Below the pieces are notes generated by a model. The model did not search any database. It was not told where the DNA came from and worked only from the letters and a program-made list of their open reading frames with translations. Both the position numbers and the translations under genes were made by a program. A stretch of 63,222 nucleotides of DNA, filler included, from Sluysia triapertura (Eukaryota): assembly GCA_046118255.1 (NCBI GenBank). It is 5 parts of 5 records of this genome, joined end to end, with 100 filler letters (N's around TTAATTAATTAA, not from the genome) between each part and the next. Parts side by side here need not be neighbours in the genome. Positions count along the whole stretch, not along the records: positions 1 to 10,997 come from JBJNIA010190341.1; positions 11,098 to 24,199 come from JBJNIA010059761.1; 3 more parts are not named here. One strand, given 5' to 3'. Shown here in pieces: positions 1 through 14,779 of this stretch. Numbering within the stretch: position 1 is the first letter of the stretch; the number at the start of each line of letters is the position of its first letter.

Positions 1-360
1 AATTACAACGAAATATTGCTTTAAAAATAATTTATTTTTAGTGCTACCAATAATATTTTATTGACGAGATTTCATTAATATTGATTGTTTGTCTTTCTGT
101 TATTAGTATCAGTTAATTTATGTATATAAAAAATTATTTTTGAAAGATTTTAAAAAATATTAATAAATTTCTGTGATATATTTTTCTGAGTTTACTATAA
201 CAAATAGATTAAATTAAATTATATTTTTTTATATTTATTATTTTATAATCATAATATAGATTAACATTTAAATGTGTCTAAAACTAAATTCTAAACTAAA
301 TCATTTTTTAAAATAATCAAGAAATTTATAGATAAAACTCTGATATTTAATTTAGACACG

Positions 361-426
<66 letters not shown>
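361..426. repeat. (ATT)n microsatellite
   Basis: Perfect ATT run. Similar runs at ~19617-19662, ~30917-30977 and 36552-36621 ((TCA)n then (TTA)n). Confidence 0.97.
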
Positions 427-1260
427 TTGTCAATTCGCATTTTCGATATTCTGGATTTTCTGGTTTTCATTTATCATTTTTTAAATACATGTTTTTCGTT
501 TGGTTTTAATTACTCTATAATAATTAGAAAATCGGAGTATAACGTGCCTTTATACACGTTATTATTATTGATATTATTGATATTATTAATTGACATTATT
601 GATATCATTAATTTTGATATCATTAAATTGATATTATTAATTTTTTAATATTTTACTTTTAAAATTATAATATTTGTAAAAAAATATTTTAAATATTTAA
701 AATTTAATTTTAAATTACTTATAAAAGTCAGTAATTGGTAATATTGAAAAAAGAAAATGTAATTAAAATTTTATAATTCAAATTACACCAGTCAATTCTG
801 TTCAATTTATTTTAAAAAGACGCCATATTATTTTTCGAGACATAATAGTAAGTTGGTCATTGTGAACATGAAAATAAACTCAAAATCTTTAATTTTGGTT
901 TTTGCACGATTTGCTCTAAAATCTTACTTAAAAGGTTAAAGTATTTTAGACTTTAATCATATTTTTACATTTCTTTTTGTTCACACTCTTACACTTTAAA
1001 ATGCTTTGTGATTTTTGGGAATAACTTGATACAAGTTTTACATACGTGTATAAAATTTTGACAATCGATAACTAGATATATGCAATTGGTTCTAAGTTTT
1101 TTGAATAAAATAGTAATATGTAGTGATAGATAAATATTATCTAATCATTAAAGTGAGTAGATAGTAAAATAAATTTTTAATTTTTAGAATTTTGAACATT
1201 TTTATTTACTTATTGTTAGTTACTAATGTAAGTACTTAATTTGCCATTTTTTAAATCAAA

Positions 1261-1313
1261 AAATCCAACGGTTGGCCATGAAGTTGGTAAGTCCAATACG
1301 TTGGTGGACTCAC
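1261..1313 (+). repeat. Dispersed ~50-nt structured motif, copy 1 of 4
   Basis: AAATCCAACG...GTAAGT...CGTTGGTG(G/A)ACTCAC. Other copies at 2738-2788(-), 9591-9640(+), 42929-42979(+). Confidence 0.85.
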
Positions 1314-2058
1314 TTCTTATATTGTTAAGTCGCTTTATTCGCACACACAGTTTTTGCAATAATAATGATGTTACAAATAATGATAATATGAACAACAGTA
1401 ATAATAATAATAAAAGTAACAATAATAATAAACATGTAATAATGTTACTAATAATGACAAAAAGAAAAGGTGTAAAAATTTACACTATGTTGATGGAGTT
1501 GGAAAAGGTGGTCACGGCGAATTAAAAGTAACATTAATAATAAATTATTGTAATTTTAGTATATTATAATTTATTTACGTTAACGTATAATATGTATTAT
1601 TTAAGTTACTAAAAGAAATGTTATATTTTATTTAGATTATTATATATTGGTGTAATATGTGATGAAAGTTCGTGATTGTCTGTGTTGGGAGTTTATGAAT
1701 GAGCTGAACACTACAAGTACGTATATAAATAACGTACACAATTTCATAAATCATAAAACTTCAACTTCTTTCTTTGATAATTATTAAATTGATAGTGATT
1801 GTTGTGGTAAATTTGGTTGAAGTAATGCTATATAAAATAAATTATCAAAATAATCAATACAAAATTAAATAACCCTTTAAACATGTTCATTTTTTTATTT
1901 GAAAGACATATTTAAAAGAACTACGATCTTTACATGTGAAATTAGCTACAGTGACAAAAGTTAAAACTATTTATTAAATACAGATATCTAAAGTTTGAAA
2001 TTTAAAGTTTAAACTTTTCTCTGATTATACCTCGTAATCCTAAAAAGTATGAATCATA

Positions 2059-2701
2059 TTAATATATAATTGATTTTAAATAAAAACAAATTAGATTAAA
2101 ACTTGGTATTACATTAAGATGCTGCAAACTCTTGAATTGTACTGTCAATGATCTAATGTCCAACAACAAGACGCTAATTCTGAAAATATGATCATTCAGG
2201 TCGAATGGTGAACCAAAGAGATTGTTAGTTTCAAAAATATCATGACTGTAGGTACAGTCCCGCCGTATCTGGAACACTTTTCTCTGTGTTTTTGCATATA
2301 AACACAAGCCGCATTTATAATATCTAGATCGACGAAGATAAATTTGAGAGTTACTATATGATAATTCCTTGTCAACGTAATTGTGTTTTGAGTTAACGGA
2401 ATTTAAACTGAATTTAGACATATTTTTTGTTATTGGAGCAATTTTACTTGTGAAAAAAACTGAATCACAAAAGATTATATTTTATGATTAATAAAATTTT
2501 CAACGAAATATGATCCAAGATTTGATGTTTAAATAATATAGTTTCAATGATGGTTGCATTATGCATAAATAGTTTTAAAATTTGATTAAAATTCACCTTT
2601 GTAGAATTAACTGTTAAGTATCCACCTCCTGAAGCCATACGAATCATAAGTGCGTCTAACATAAGTTTTAATACAAATTGTTCTAAAATTGTAGCATACA
2701 T
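2059..2701 (-). other. Two tandem orphan ORFs (78 and 120 aa), possibly one disrupted gene
   Basis: ORF track. The second ORF has CxxC...CxxxH. They start 37 nt downstream of motif copy 2. No family recognised. Confidence 0.3.
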
Positions 2702-2737
2702 ATTGTGGGAATAAGTAGAATTAAGTAAGATTTTAAG

Positions 2738-2788
2738 GTGAGTCCACCAATGTACTACACTTACTAGTTAGAGCTAGCCGTTGGATTT
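2738..2788 (-). repeat. Dispersed structured motif, copy 2
   Basis: Reverse complement AAATCCAACGGCTAGCTCTAACTAGTAAGTGTAGTACATTGGTGGACTCAC. Confidence 0.8.
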
Positions 2789-4978
2789 ATAGATAAAAGA
2801 TTTTTGAAGTGAGGTTAGAATAATTTTTTCTAAAGCGTGTATGGTTTTACTAAAATATGTTTTCTTAATCGCTTTGCTGTTAATTTGGTAATTTAGTAAT
2901 TTAGGCTAAGTTCTGAAGGTATGAAAATCAATATAAGTTATCTCTAATATTAAGTTTCTGAATAATTAAGGCAATTATTTAATTGTGGAAATAGAAATAA
3001 TTTATAAAGTATTTTACGAAGATCCTAAGAAAAGGATCTATAAAAATGATTTTACGTGCTAAAAGTTAAATTCTAATCGTTGAAATCTTTAATCTACTGA
3101 ATATTTCATAAGTGAAACTATGAAATTTAACAAAGAATAATTACTTAAAAGAAAGATTTATTAAATAATGGGTAAACAGAGTTACAAATGAGATATAAAA
3201 GTAATAAAATAACTAATTTACAAGGAATTAATTTAATCAATTTAATTCCTAAAACGACAATATTTTAATGAGGATTTTGCGAAAGATCTATTATAAGATC
3301 TTTTGAAAATAGTTACAAAATAAACTCACGTAAATTTTACGTGGATATATGTTGTATATCCGTGACTAACATATTATTATTAAACCAAGATTTATCTAGG
3401 AGGTTCAGCAGGAATTTGAATACCACTTCGTAAAAATTTATAAAAATTTGTTCTTTCAAAAAACTATATTGAAAACTGTGTTATAACTGTGTCATAAAAC
3501 TGTGTGATGCTTGGTAAATCTTGCGACTACTTATAGTCGACTTATCTGGCCTTGGCCAGATTAAAACAAATTATTTTGATTTTAAAATTAAAACAAATTA
3601 TTTCATTAAAATTAATTTTAAAATTTATATTTAATTAATAATTGAAAATCCCTTACGTTGGTTTTTTCCAATTCAATTAATGTAATCCAAAATAAAATTA
3701 ATATTAACGATATTAATATATATCAATAATTTATCAGTTCATTACAATTCATAAATCAATCAATCAATAATTTATAATATTGAATCAGTTTATAATGTAT
3801 GTATAACAATATGAAGATCGTTGATGGTTACTCCAAACCAATAAATTGTGGCGAATGTCGATAAGGATTACTTTGTAAAAAGTATTTTCTATTAATTGAT
3901 AACATTACTTCAACAGCTTTATCAGATTTCATATATTTTGAGTCTTTCATCTGCTTGACCGGTTGTTGCATATAAAAATTTAATTTGATTTAGTTAATAG
4001 TAAAAATAATTTTGAAACAAATTCAAATTCTTTAATGTCTGTTTTTTAACACTAAATCGTTTTACTAATATTTTTAATTATTTACAAGTCGTAATTATTT
4101 TGTTTTCGCAATATCAATTTTATACTGTGTTTTTTAACCAGTACTGTAATCACTTTTTAAATCCTACAATTAACATAACTAAAAATTGAAAATAATGGGC
4201 AAATCAAAATTATTTCACTTAGAACTCTAGCCTATAAAAATGATTCAAACATTACAATTTTTATTATATTTTCTATGCCATTTACTTGCTGTATATCAAT
4301 TAAATTTTTACTCATAAAATTTCATTATAATATTGTCTTTGTGAATTTAAATACATGGCAACTGAAGGCAGGTCAAGTGATAAGAAAAGCAAGAATAGGT
4401 AAGGGTAGTGACTAAAATTTCACATGTAATACATCTATATTTGCGTAACGTAATATTTATGTTACAGATTAAACAAACATTATTATTATTAATATTATTA
4501 TCATTATTATTATTATCATTATTATTAATGTTAATCTATTTTTTGATTAAATTAATTTATGCAACAAAATAATGTTTATTATTTTGATTTCAGTTTCGAC
4601 CAATAACTATTGAATTGTTTAAACATACATCAAGACATAATTAATATATTATTAACATAACTACAAAGTGTATATTTATGGACACATTATCAAGTATAAA
4701 ATATTTTTATAGTTTTATTAAGAATTGTGGTGTTTATTTATTCTTTATTTGTATTTTCAAAGTTTAACTATGCAAGAATTATCATCATTTATGTCTAAAT
4801 TAGGACTTTTTCATTTTCTAATTATTATTCATAAACATGTACTTTGTTTTATATCAAAAAGTATTTAATGTTGAAATTTTGAATAATATTCACAATAAAT
4901 ATAATTTCGAAGTTTAAAAATTATTGATTTAGTGACATTAACAGTATATTTATAGCTAGATAAAAGAAAATTATTTCT

Positions 4979-5653
4979 TTAGAAATGTGAGGAGGACAAT
5001 GTATATTTTAATTTATAGAAATTAAAATTAATCTTATTTTTATTAAAAATTATTCTAACTAAATAAATTTCGATTATATTATAACAATTCAAAAGTATTA
5101 TTTTTATCTTTATCAACATAGGCTTAAGGCCTAAAACAATTAAAAAGAACAACACAATTAATAGATTTAATAAACTATCAAAATTTGTTATTATGTAAAA
5201 AATAACATTTAAACAATAATATAATAAACATATAATTATAACTTGGATTAAAACATTGGTTTCAAAAGCCTTCAAATATTGTATGCCACCATAATCATTA
5301 TACGAGTAGGTTAAGTTTGGTCTGTCTTCTTTATTAATAACATGAAAAAAGTAATCATGAGCAATAGCTTGTGGTAGAACACTATACAATTGTTTGTGGT
5401 CTGATAAAAAGGTTGTTTGATGATCAAAACTTGTTGACATAAATTTGTTAAAACGCCTCCAAATTACAATATCAACAACGAAAAAATATTCCTTTTCTGC
5501 GTTGAATTTACAAGTATAACCGCCTTGTCTTGGCATAACGTGATAAATCTCCGAATCAGCATTGTAATAAGAAAAATGCGTATATTCTCGTTTATTAAGT
5601 ACGAGTTCGTCAGCATTAGTAATACAAATAACAACCATCAATGTTATATACAT
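4979..5653 (-). CDS. Orphan protein with N-terminal signal-like segment; the 3-prime part is probably AT-rich read-through
   Basis: 224-aa ORF with hydrophobic start MYITLMVVICITNA. The first ~130 aa look protein-like. Confidence 0.3.
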   Translation of the reverse strand: MYITLMVVICITNADELVLNKREYTHFSYYNADSEIYHVMPRQGGYTCKFNAEKEYFFVVDIVIWRRFNKFMSTSFDHQTTFLSDHKQLYSVLPQAIAHDYFFHVINKEDRPNLTYSYNDYGGIQYLKAFETNVLIQVIIICLLYYCLNVIFYIITNFDSLLNLLIVLFFLIVLGLKPMLIKIKIILLNCYNIIEIYLVRIIFNKNKINFNFYKLKYTLSSSHF

Positions 5654-5698
5654 TATTATTGATTATTTTTTATTTTATAATTTTTGTTATTTAAGTAT

Positions 5699-6743
5699 TT
5701 AAAAAATTTCATTTTTATGAGATCCAGTGAGGCTTTTAGCTTTGCGTTTTAAACAGAGGCAATGCGATAGTTTCTCTTTTATAAGCTTTTGCTTGGCATT
5801 TATTTCTTTTTTGTGACGTATACAATATATGGTACACATAAGTATAACTACTAAAAATACAAAAATTGCCACTAATATCAGAAATCCAAATAATCCAAAG
5901 AATGCATACTGAAATTCAGAAGATGCTTGTTTAGAAAAAGAGATTGTTTTTATGAATGATGCATTTATGCCTTTTAAATTAACAAAAGCAACTTCAACGC
6001 GCATGGTAGGTTTTAGCTTCATTTCTGTTTTCATTGTTAAGTTGAACATATCACCTTGTGAAAAATAAATTTGACCGAAAATGAAATGATTGTTACATTT
6101 ATTATCCCGAAACACTGGTGATAAATGATCATAGTTTTTGTATTGTTGACAATCTTTAAAAATACTGTTATGTAATGATAAACACTTGTTATTCTCGCAA
6201 ATACGCGAAATGATCAAAAAAACTGCACCTATATAATCTTCATCTAACAATAATATTAAATATGTAACATAGTCATTAATTGCAATTGGTCCCAAGTAAA
6301 ACTTCAATGTTGGATTTTAATAATAACATCGAGTAATGAGTAATTATAATAATATTAATTAAATTTGCACTAATAAAAATAGCGCGATATTTTACGATAA
6401 ATAGCTGGAAAATCGCTGTATTCACACAATGTTAGAAATTTTGTAAAATTAATCAATCAACAGATGCGAATTGTTTTATTTTATTTTTGAAAATTGAAAC
6501 CATTGAAATTGGAACTCCTCCAGTATAAAAATCCCTAGAAACAGATCTAGCAATAATATAAGATAGTCCAGTTATACGAGAATTATATATATACTCGGCA
6601 TATATGAAATATAATGTGTTCTTTGTTAAATTTGTTAATAAAACACTGGTTTTAGATAATTCTGTTCTGTAAGTAACAACATTTCGAGAAATATAATTGG
6701 AAACATGTATAAGATAAAAATTGGTTTGACCAATCAGATGCAC
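5699..6743 (-). CDS. Pieces of a type I membrane protein with FN3-like ectodomain
   Basis: SVLLTNLTKNTLYFIYAEY resembles the FN3 L-x-x-L-x-P-x-T-x-Y motif. ORF 5699-6307 has a TM helix (YAFFGLFGFLILVAIFVFLVVILMCTIYCI) followed by a basic stop-transfer segment. Exon structure unresolved. Confidence 0.45.
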
Positions 6744-7019
6744 AATTTTCCAATCACTTAACTCGCTTGGAATTTCTGCAATTTTTAAGCTTGCATTTAC
6801 TAAATAAAATAAAATTAGTTAAATTTAATGGCATTAATATTAATTTTTTATAAATATTTTGTATTCTTTGATTGACTTGAATTAAAAATGTGTAGTAATA
6901 ATGTATCAAAGTATTAATAATGCATTCTTAATCTAATTTTATGATTTTTTAAAATTTAAACAAAAACAATATATAAATATTTTTATATACAGAGTAAAAT
7001 ACATAGCATAAACGTATTG

Positions 7020-7660
7020 CATGTGGTAATACCGTAGAATTCTACATGGATTCAAAAATGAACACGAAAAATATTGTAATTACGAATTAAAGAAAATATT
7101 CATTATTTGAAAATTTATTAATAAAGATACGGCTAAACTAATTGTTTCTTCATTGATATTTAATAATATAGACTTTAATAATGCTCAAAAATCAAAATTA
7201 CTATTCAATCATTCAGCACAACGAATTTTCCACACAAGAAGTTCTCATATAATACTGTTAGACTTCGTAAAATGGACTGACCAGGTATCGACCACTGAGC
7301 TATCAGCCCCGTCTAACAATTTTTAGATTACTCTATTCAATTATACCAAATGGCACCTTAGGTCTATATCCTAACAATACCTTATTTTAAAGAATTCAAA
7401 AATCATGACAATAATTTATAAGTGCTTACGTTATGGAAGTCCTGAATAATTTCAAAAATTCAGAAAGCAATAAGAATAACTCTTTAAGATATAACAATTA
7501 ATACATAATTCACAATGATAGATAACAACCGTTTGTTTCAAAAATTATCAAACACATTACTGCAAGATTATGAAATATTTAAGAAAAAAGCAAAGTTCTT
7601 TCTATTTCAGAAATAGTATAATGAAGGATTTATTTTAATCGCTATTGAGTACTTATTTTA
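7020..7660 (+). mobile_element. Decayed CR1/L2-type LINE 3-prime fragment, interrupted by a small TG...CA element
   Basis: Nucleotide similarity to the copies at 14780-15320 and 22370-22740. Confidence 0.7.
7256..7376. mobile_element. 121-bp element with TGTTAG...CTAACA ends, 4-bp TSD (ATAC) and an internally deleted tRNA-like unit
   Basis: Terminal inverted hexamers, ATAC on both flanks, and the LINE sequence resumes across the insertion. Confidence 0.75.
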
Positions 7661-9590
7661 TAATAGATATTAAAGCAATATAAATTGCTATATTAGCACA
7701 TAGACTCATTCGAATTCGGAATTTTGAGCGCACTTTGATTAACTTTTCTTTAATGACTTCTATCCATGATTATCTACTCTTTCATGAACTTCTACTCTTT
7801 CTCAAAAGATATACAACCTGCTAATCATTAAGCTTTTGTGTGCGGCTCAAAAATCTTCGTTATGATTATTGATTTTAAAATCCTTAAATCAACGAGAATT
7901 TGACTATATAACATTAATCACGTATATTTATTTACACATCTAAGTGACTGTTTTGTTAGTGGTTACTTTTATATTTATAATTACTTAGATTACATTTCAT
8001 GGTTAAACAGTTATGATACAGCTTAACTAGGCTGAACAAAAATATTTACTTCATTACTATTGCAACACTTTATCGACGTCTTTTAATTTTAAGATACTAT
8101 GAATAATTTTTATTTCGTTTAAATTCTATCAGTTAAATGCATTTATAATTAGTTTATGTATCGTTTGTGTATCGTGAAAATTCCTTTAATCGTTCCTGTG
8201 TTGCTGGAAATGAACGTGCAAACTTATTAAATTAGTTATTTAAATTTTAAATCTTTAAATATCTATACTCAAAAGTAAATAACACATTAAAGCACATTCA
8301 ATGAAGAATAAAACAAATGTATAATACAAATGTGGTGGCTCAATTCATAAAATATAATTTTACCAAATCATCATTAGCACTCATAAAAGATTCAACATAA
8401 TCTTTAATCGTAATTACACATTCTTAGATAACCAAATAGTTCTTTGTAGATTCTATTTTTCAAACATTTTAAATTAATTAATTCACAACGTTATTCATCA
8501 AAGCATTTCAACTTTAAGCCATTCAATTATAAGGTCATATTAAGCAATTTTATACTACATATTAAACATTTCATATTTCATATAAACTTTTATTATAAAT
8601 TATTCAAATAGATTAATAGCATTAATAATATTGTAAATACTTTATACCTTGTACTTTATTCCTTTGAATTATGAACAAAATATTGATTATTTATTGATTA
8701 TTGATTATTATTACTATTTCGAATTGGTATTAATTATTTATTATTATTTGAATTATTATTATTATTTTGAATTGGTTATTATTATTGAAACTTTGGAAAA
8801 TTATTTTTGAATTTTAAAGGTATGATTTTAAAATTTTAAAATTATTTAAATTAATTCATGATTATTTAAAGATTTTAATTATTAAAATTATTTTTAAACT
8901 TGTGTGAACCTAAATCAATGAATTTTAATTATTTTAAATATTATTTTCTTTGTTTTAATCTGACTAATGTCAGATTAAAACAAACTATAAATACATTAAT
9001 GAAAATGTAACAAAGACACAACAAATTTCTTGTTTATAAATCTTAATTTTGTTCGAGAGTTGATTTTGTTTCCAGTTATTATTCAAAACATTGAACGGAC
9101 CATTCACTTTGTTTAGGATCACGTTAGATTAATTTTTATAAGGCAAGATATTCACTGAATATCGTAAGCAAAATACACTAAAAATCATTGCTAATAATTG
9201 GGATCTTATAAAGATCCAGAGAAAAATATTTTATAAAATCTTATTACGATTGTGAACTAACTAATTATATTTAGTTGTACGTAAATTTTATACTTACTAT
9301 TATATTAATTATTCTTTAATCTATTATATACATTAATTTTGCTAATAAAGTGTTCAAATTTGTTCAATTTTTATTATTATAGCTTCAAAATCTTAAAATT
9401 AATTGTCCAGAAGTTAATTCTAGTAAGTAAAATCTAATTTTTCTGATTCCATATAACGGAATCAACGTAACCTTATAATTTAAATTTGTTAAGTTTGACA
9501 TATAATTAAAATTTCAAGAATTTACCTCCAGAATTAAGGAGTTAGGTAAAATATCCATAGTTTAAAGTTAAGTATCTTTTTCTTACGTTA

Positions 9591-9640
9591 AAATCCAACG
9601 GCTGGCCCTTGCTGGTAAGTCCAGTACGTGGTGAACTCAC
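9591..9640 (+). repeat. Dispersed structured motif, copy 3
   Basis: AAATCCAACGGCTGGCCCTTGCTGGTAAGTCCAGTACGTGGTGAACTCAC. Confidence 0.85.
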
Positions 9641-10997
9641 GATAATTTTAATTAATTCGTTTTATTCTCAATCGAACTCTTTTCTTGCATTATTTATGGC
9701 TAGAGACATTTTTATCTTTTAAAAAAATAGATTTTAATTTAAAACATTCAACCTATGTAATGATATAGTTCTATTGTCAAATATCTACGATTTTGGAAAC
9801 GCGTCATCCGAATAACTACACGGTGTGACTTGTACCTGCCACCAACTTTTTTAATTGTTGTAAGTATGATTATATATGTTTTTAAAACATTTTATTGTTT
9901 TGTTGATAAACTTTTAAACTTTGTTATTTTTTTAAAATTGTTATCTTTAGAAGGCCTTAAGCCTAGTTTATTAATTAAGAAATTTATTATTGTCTTAATT
10001 TTTTGTAGTTAAATTTTAATTGTTTTTTGTCAGGGAAATTTTTAACCTTTTTTAATATAAATTTAAAAATAAGTAAAATAAAGTTGAATGTTTATGATAA
10101 GTTTCTAATGTTTAAATACAAAAAGCCATCCCCACAGGAAGTATTAAATTTATTGTACTATTGTAAAAATAAAAAATGAATGTAATAATTTTTTTAGATT
10201 TTGTGATTAAAAAATTCAGTAAGACTTCGAATTAAATTAACTTAATTATTGTTATTAATTTAAATTGAAAGACGCAACAAATTAATATTGTTGAAAAATC
10301 ATTGAAACAATTTTTCTAAATTCAATATAAAACATTTCCACCGAGTATAAATTAAATATTTCATATTGTTGTCAAACCGTGGATTAGGAGATTAGTAAGA
10401 GACATATAGAATCACAAATTGAAAGAAGAGTTAATAGAAAGTGATAGATTGAAATTATAAACATTGTTGGAAAAGAATCATGAAAGTGGAAGCATCTATA
10501 ATAATGTTAACAGTTGAAGAGTACCTTGGAGTTCCAAAGACCTATATAAGGTATCGAGACCTCGTGGAGGAATGAAGAGAACTTAAAAACCTTTGAAGTT
10601 ATTAGAACACATTTGAACTTGTTAATTTTGAGATCATCTAAGAATCTATTAACCTATAAGTATTCTGGATAAGCATCAAAGATCTTGGAGTAATACTATA
10701 AAGTTTATAAAATCTTTAAAATATTTCAGAAATGAAATCATTTTTCAAAATAATAATGATAAGTTTAATATGGCAATAATAAACATTAAGAACAAGAAAA
10801 AAGAATGAGAGAGGTGAAGGTGAAAACATCTAGAGCCTCCTAAATGCCTTACAAACTATTACATAACTTTAGAACCTCAATAAAACCTTTAGACATAGAA
10901 TAAGATTAAGTCTAAAAATAAATTAATTAAAAATCTTAATTAACTTAATTAAGAAAAAGTACGTTTTTGTGAATAACTTTTGAATGCGGAATGCTAT

Positions 10998-11097
10998 NNN
11001 NNNNNNNNNNNNNNNNNNNNNNNNNNNNNNNNNNNNNNNNNTTAATTAATTAANNNNNNNNNNNNNNNNNNNNNNNNNNNNNNNNNNNNNNNNNNNN
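10998..11097. other. Artificial contig spacer N44-TTAATTAATTAA-N44
   Basis: Stop codons in all six frames, flanked by N. Repeated at 24200-24299, 35636-35735 and 48775-48874. Confidence 0.98.
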
Positions 11098-12452
11098 TTG
11101 TCGCTATTTTTATTACTGAAGATTATAAATTCTGACTTTTCTTCATTGATTTTCAAGTATTTATTTCCAAACCAATCAACTACAATCAGAAATAACTAAA
11201 ACGAAATCCTAAACTCCATGCAACGGACATCAGACTATTTGTAACAGTTTTGTAAGTTTAAAGCAGGACTAAAGTACTAAACAATTTCGATTTTTGCAGT
11301 TTATAACTACCATATACAGTTATGCACCATGTTTTTTTCAAGTTGAATGTTGATAAATTTTTTATAAAAATTTTTTCATTTTTAAAATTAAAATTATTTA
11401 CATTTGTGTTCGTCGTCATTACCACCAAAAATTTCACTTTTAACCAATTTGGGGATAATTTTTACTCGTGTTCCCCAACAATGGATCAGATGATTTAATC
11501 TTTTATTTTAATTATTTTTTATCTATTTTGTTTTTAGACAATGACACTGAAAGAGATCAATAAATAACTTTCACTTGATAAAAATTAACTATTGGTACGC
11601 AAAATGAATAAGTGCAATTTTTAAATGAATATCATTGGTTAATAAATGAGTGTTATAAATTTATTAATATAGCAGTGTCATGTGTACGTTTATTAATATT
11701 ATTAATGTTAATGTTAATGATTATAATAATAATAATTTATTCAACAAAATGTTATATTTTCTATTATTTTTGTGTTTTTGTGATCGTGTTTAAAAATGAA
11801 AAATTTCTTAAATAAACACTAACTTCAACATTCAAATATGCGGCATAGATAAAGCCAATCAAAATAAATCTACATTTTATTTGTATAATCATATTCTACC
11901 CATTAAGGTTACATTATCAAGATATAACTTAAGGAATTATGTATTAAATAATATAAATAGAATTTGAAATTATTTTTAGTTAGATGATTATTAGACTATG
12001 AAAAGAGATAAAATGAATAAAATTACTATAACTATAATATGAAATACAAACATTCCTAAAAATAAGTGTTTCCAATGAAAATAAAAAATATAAATTGTCC
12101 AACTTGAAACAAATTGTAATTTTTCTCAAATAATAAACGGCCACTAAATCATTACTTTTATGTTCAGAATCGGATAAGTATTTTTCCTTAAACAACATGC
12201 CAAAAATTTTCCACATAATCACTAGTTTAAAATGCGTTATTAAGAAGCCTTAAAATTAACACATTCTTTGCGGGAGACGAGTTAGATTACTAATTAATTA
12301 CTAAAATAACTTGCATAGAATGTGTTAACAGTTTAAAAAATGACATTGTACATCAAAGAAAGCCATTTGAAAAATTTTAACATTATTATCATAGTTTGTT
12401 TAAAAAAGGTAGATATATTAACTTAATCGGTTCATACTTAAAAAATCAAACG

Positions 12453-12683
12453 TCAAAAAAAATTTAAAATTATTTCTATTGTGTAATGCGTGTGGTCAAC
12501 TTGAGTCTCTCTTACTAACGTGTTTCCATCGGTAATTAAACAGACTTTGATTTTGAATGATTGATAATGTTTGCATCTCCATGAAGTTGTTCCATTTTGA
12601 TTATGTTTTTCTTTAATGTATTTAAAATTGCGATGTATCACTGTATGTTTACCTTTTGAACTAGTTCCAAATAACAGATTCAT
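12453..12683 (-). mobile_element. FLYWCH zinc-finger remnant, probably a MULE transposase N-terminus
   Basis: SSKGKHTVIHRNFKY...SWRCKHY...DHTH fits the FLYWCH pattern, with the second Cys degenerate. Confidence 0.6.
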
Positions 12684-13939
12684 ATTTAGGCGTAAAAAAT
12701 AACTAACAAATAAAATTTTATTTAAAAAATGATAAATATTTAATCTTTTGAAAAAAGTATCAGATTTTATAAGCCGAGATTTTTTTAATAAATATTACTC
12801 AAATAATGAGTAAAAATTATTAAATACGGTTAAATGTGAACCGATTAATTGTGATCCGATTAAGTGTCACCAAATCTTCTTAGTGAGGTTTTGATTATTT
12901 GTGAGATTCAGGATTGATTGGACGATGAAAAAGTATAAAATGAAAAACCTAAAAGTTTTACAACACAGTCACACGATGAGGTAATAAACAATATTATGAA
13001 AATCCATGATTATGGTAAGGTTTTAATTTTTGTAATTATTTCAATTTTATTATTTTAATTATTATTAAAAGTAACTTTTGGGGGAATTTTTAGTTGACTT
13101 TTGTTATTATTAGTACAACTGTTTTTAGATATTTATAAGTTAATTGTTGGGAGGATCCCCGCTCAGATTGTTTTATGATATTAACTGTTATTAAGTTAAA
13201 TAAAATTATTCTAAAATATGCAAGTATTATTATTAATACGATAATTTGAATTTCGTTGCCTCTTTGGATAGATTATTTTGATCCTAATATTGTCATAAAT
13301 ATTATTGTTAATTTTGAAATTTAGTCATTTTTATTTAATTCACTTATATTGCTGTTAAAACAGAAACTTATAATAACGACTTGTATTGGATTTTGTAATT
13401 ATTATATTATTAAGTTTTGTTATTAATTTGAATTGAAGAACGTAATTTTTAGGTTTAATAAATATCATTGTTAAGATAAGAAAATTTGTGGCTGATTTAT
13501 CGATCTATTAGGTAAATTGATTTGATATTGATTTATTGTTACTTGAACTTCAAATATTTCAAAATAATATTAGATAATATCTTGTGTTTTATGCTGTTGT
13601 CAGTGTTACGATTATTACTATTTTTATATCATTGACCTTGAAATATCTTGTTATCATTGATTTAAAGTACTTCGTATTTTAATATTCTAACAGTAAATTA
13701 AGGCTTCAAGCATTCTAAAATTATTATTATTATTATTACCTTATACAAAATTATTATTGTCTTATAATAATAATTATTATTATATAATTATTATTGTCTT
13801 ATACAAATAAAATAATAAAAAATCAAAGATGTGTCTTATACCCCAGTTGTTGAAAAAAATAGGAAATAAAACTTTATTCAAAACCTTCAAATCCTGATTT
13901 TTCGAAGTTCTACATTTTCAATTTTTTCCTCATATGATC

Positions 13940-14752
13940 GACTTGATTCGATATCTTCTTCATAATAATGAATTCCTGACTTTCGAAACACTTTCTTATG
14001 GATTTCACTGAAACGTCATTCCAAGAATCTATTTTCCAATTGATAACTTCTTCATATGATGCTTTTTTCATTTTCCCACGTTTGGTATAAGTATGATGTC
14101 TCTCAATCATCCTTCTTTCCAGCGATTTGAATGATCTATTCTTAGTTAATCCTCCATCACGAATGTTTTCTTTTAAAAATAACCATAGATGGAAGTTTTC
14201 CACTATCTGCAGTTACAAAAAGAACAACATGTTGTGGCAATTTTGATATCCTCTGCTCCTTTGACATCGTATGTAAATTTCTCAGAAAGGTCCCACCCAT
14301 ATTACATAAATGTTGTAAAAGAATTTCTTCATTCTTTTCATACAAAAATGCCTCAAATGCTTCAATTTCCTCTACCAAATCCTCAGGTAACCTTTGCCCT
14401 ATTGATGTTACAGTTCTTAATGATAGTTGATTATGGACCCAAAAATCACTTCTCTTAAATTCACTATTTCTCATCTTTTTGCAATTTTTTTAAAATTTAA
14501 GATATATAACAGAAACCTTTATACTTTCTCTTCGTTGATTTAAAACACAATTTTTTAATTCAATCTCAAGTTCGGCCAATATGGATTTTTCTTTCTCTTT
14601 CCCCTTTTTGTTGTCTTCATAACACTCAAAACCGATTTATTTGCTCTCCATCTTCTCGCATTGTCTTCATTTATCCCATAATGTTTATCTGCTTCTCTAT
14701 TTCCATTAATCTCTGCATATTCTATTATTTCCGATTTTTCTTAGTTGTACAT
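13940..14752 (-). mobile_element. Decayed pogo/Tigger-like transposase
   Basis: HTH IIEYAEINGNREADKHYGINEDNARRWR; DDE_1 motif FVTADSGKLPSMVIFKRK; C-terminal TKRGKMKKASYEEVINW...SWNDVS...IRKCF. Frameshifted and internally deleted. Confidence 0.85.
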
Positions 14753-14779
14753 AAGTTTCATTTAGTCATCTTGGTTTCC

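Noticed and set aside
11042-11053. TTAATTAATTAA palindrome, four copies
   Set aside because: Always centred in 100-nt N runs; an assembly spacer, so adjacency across it has no biological meaning.
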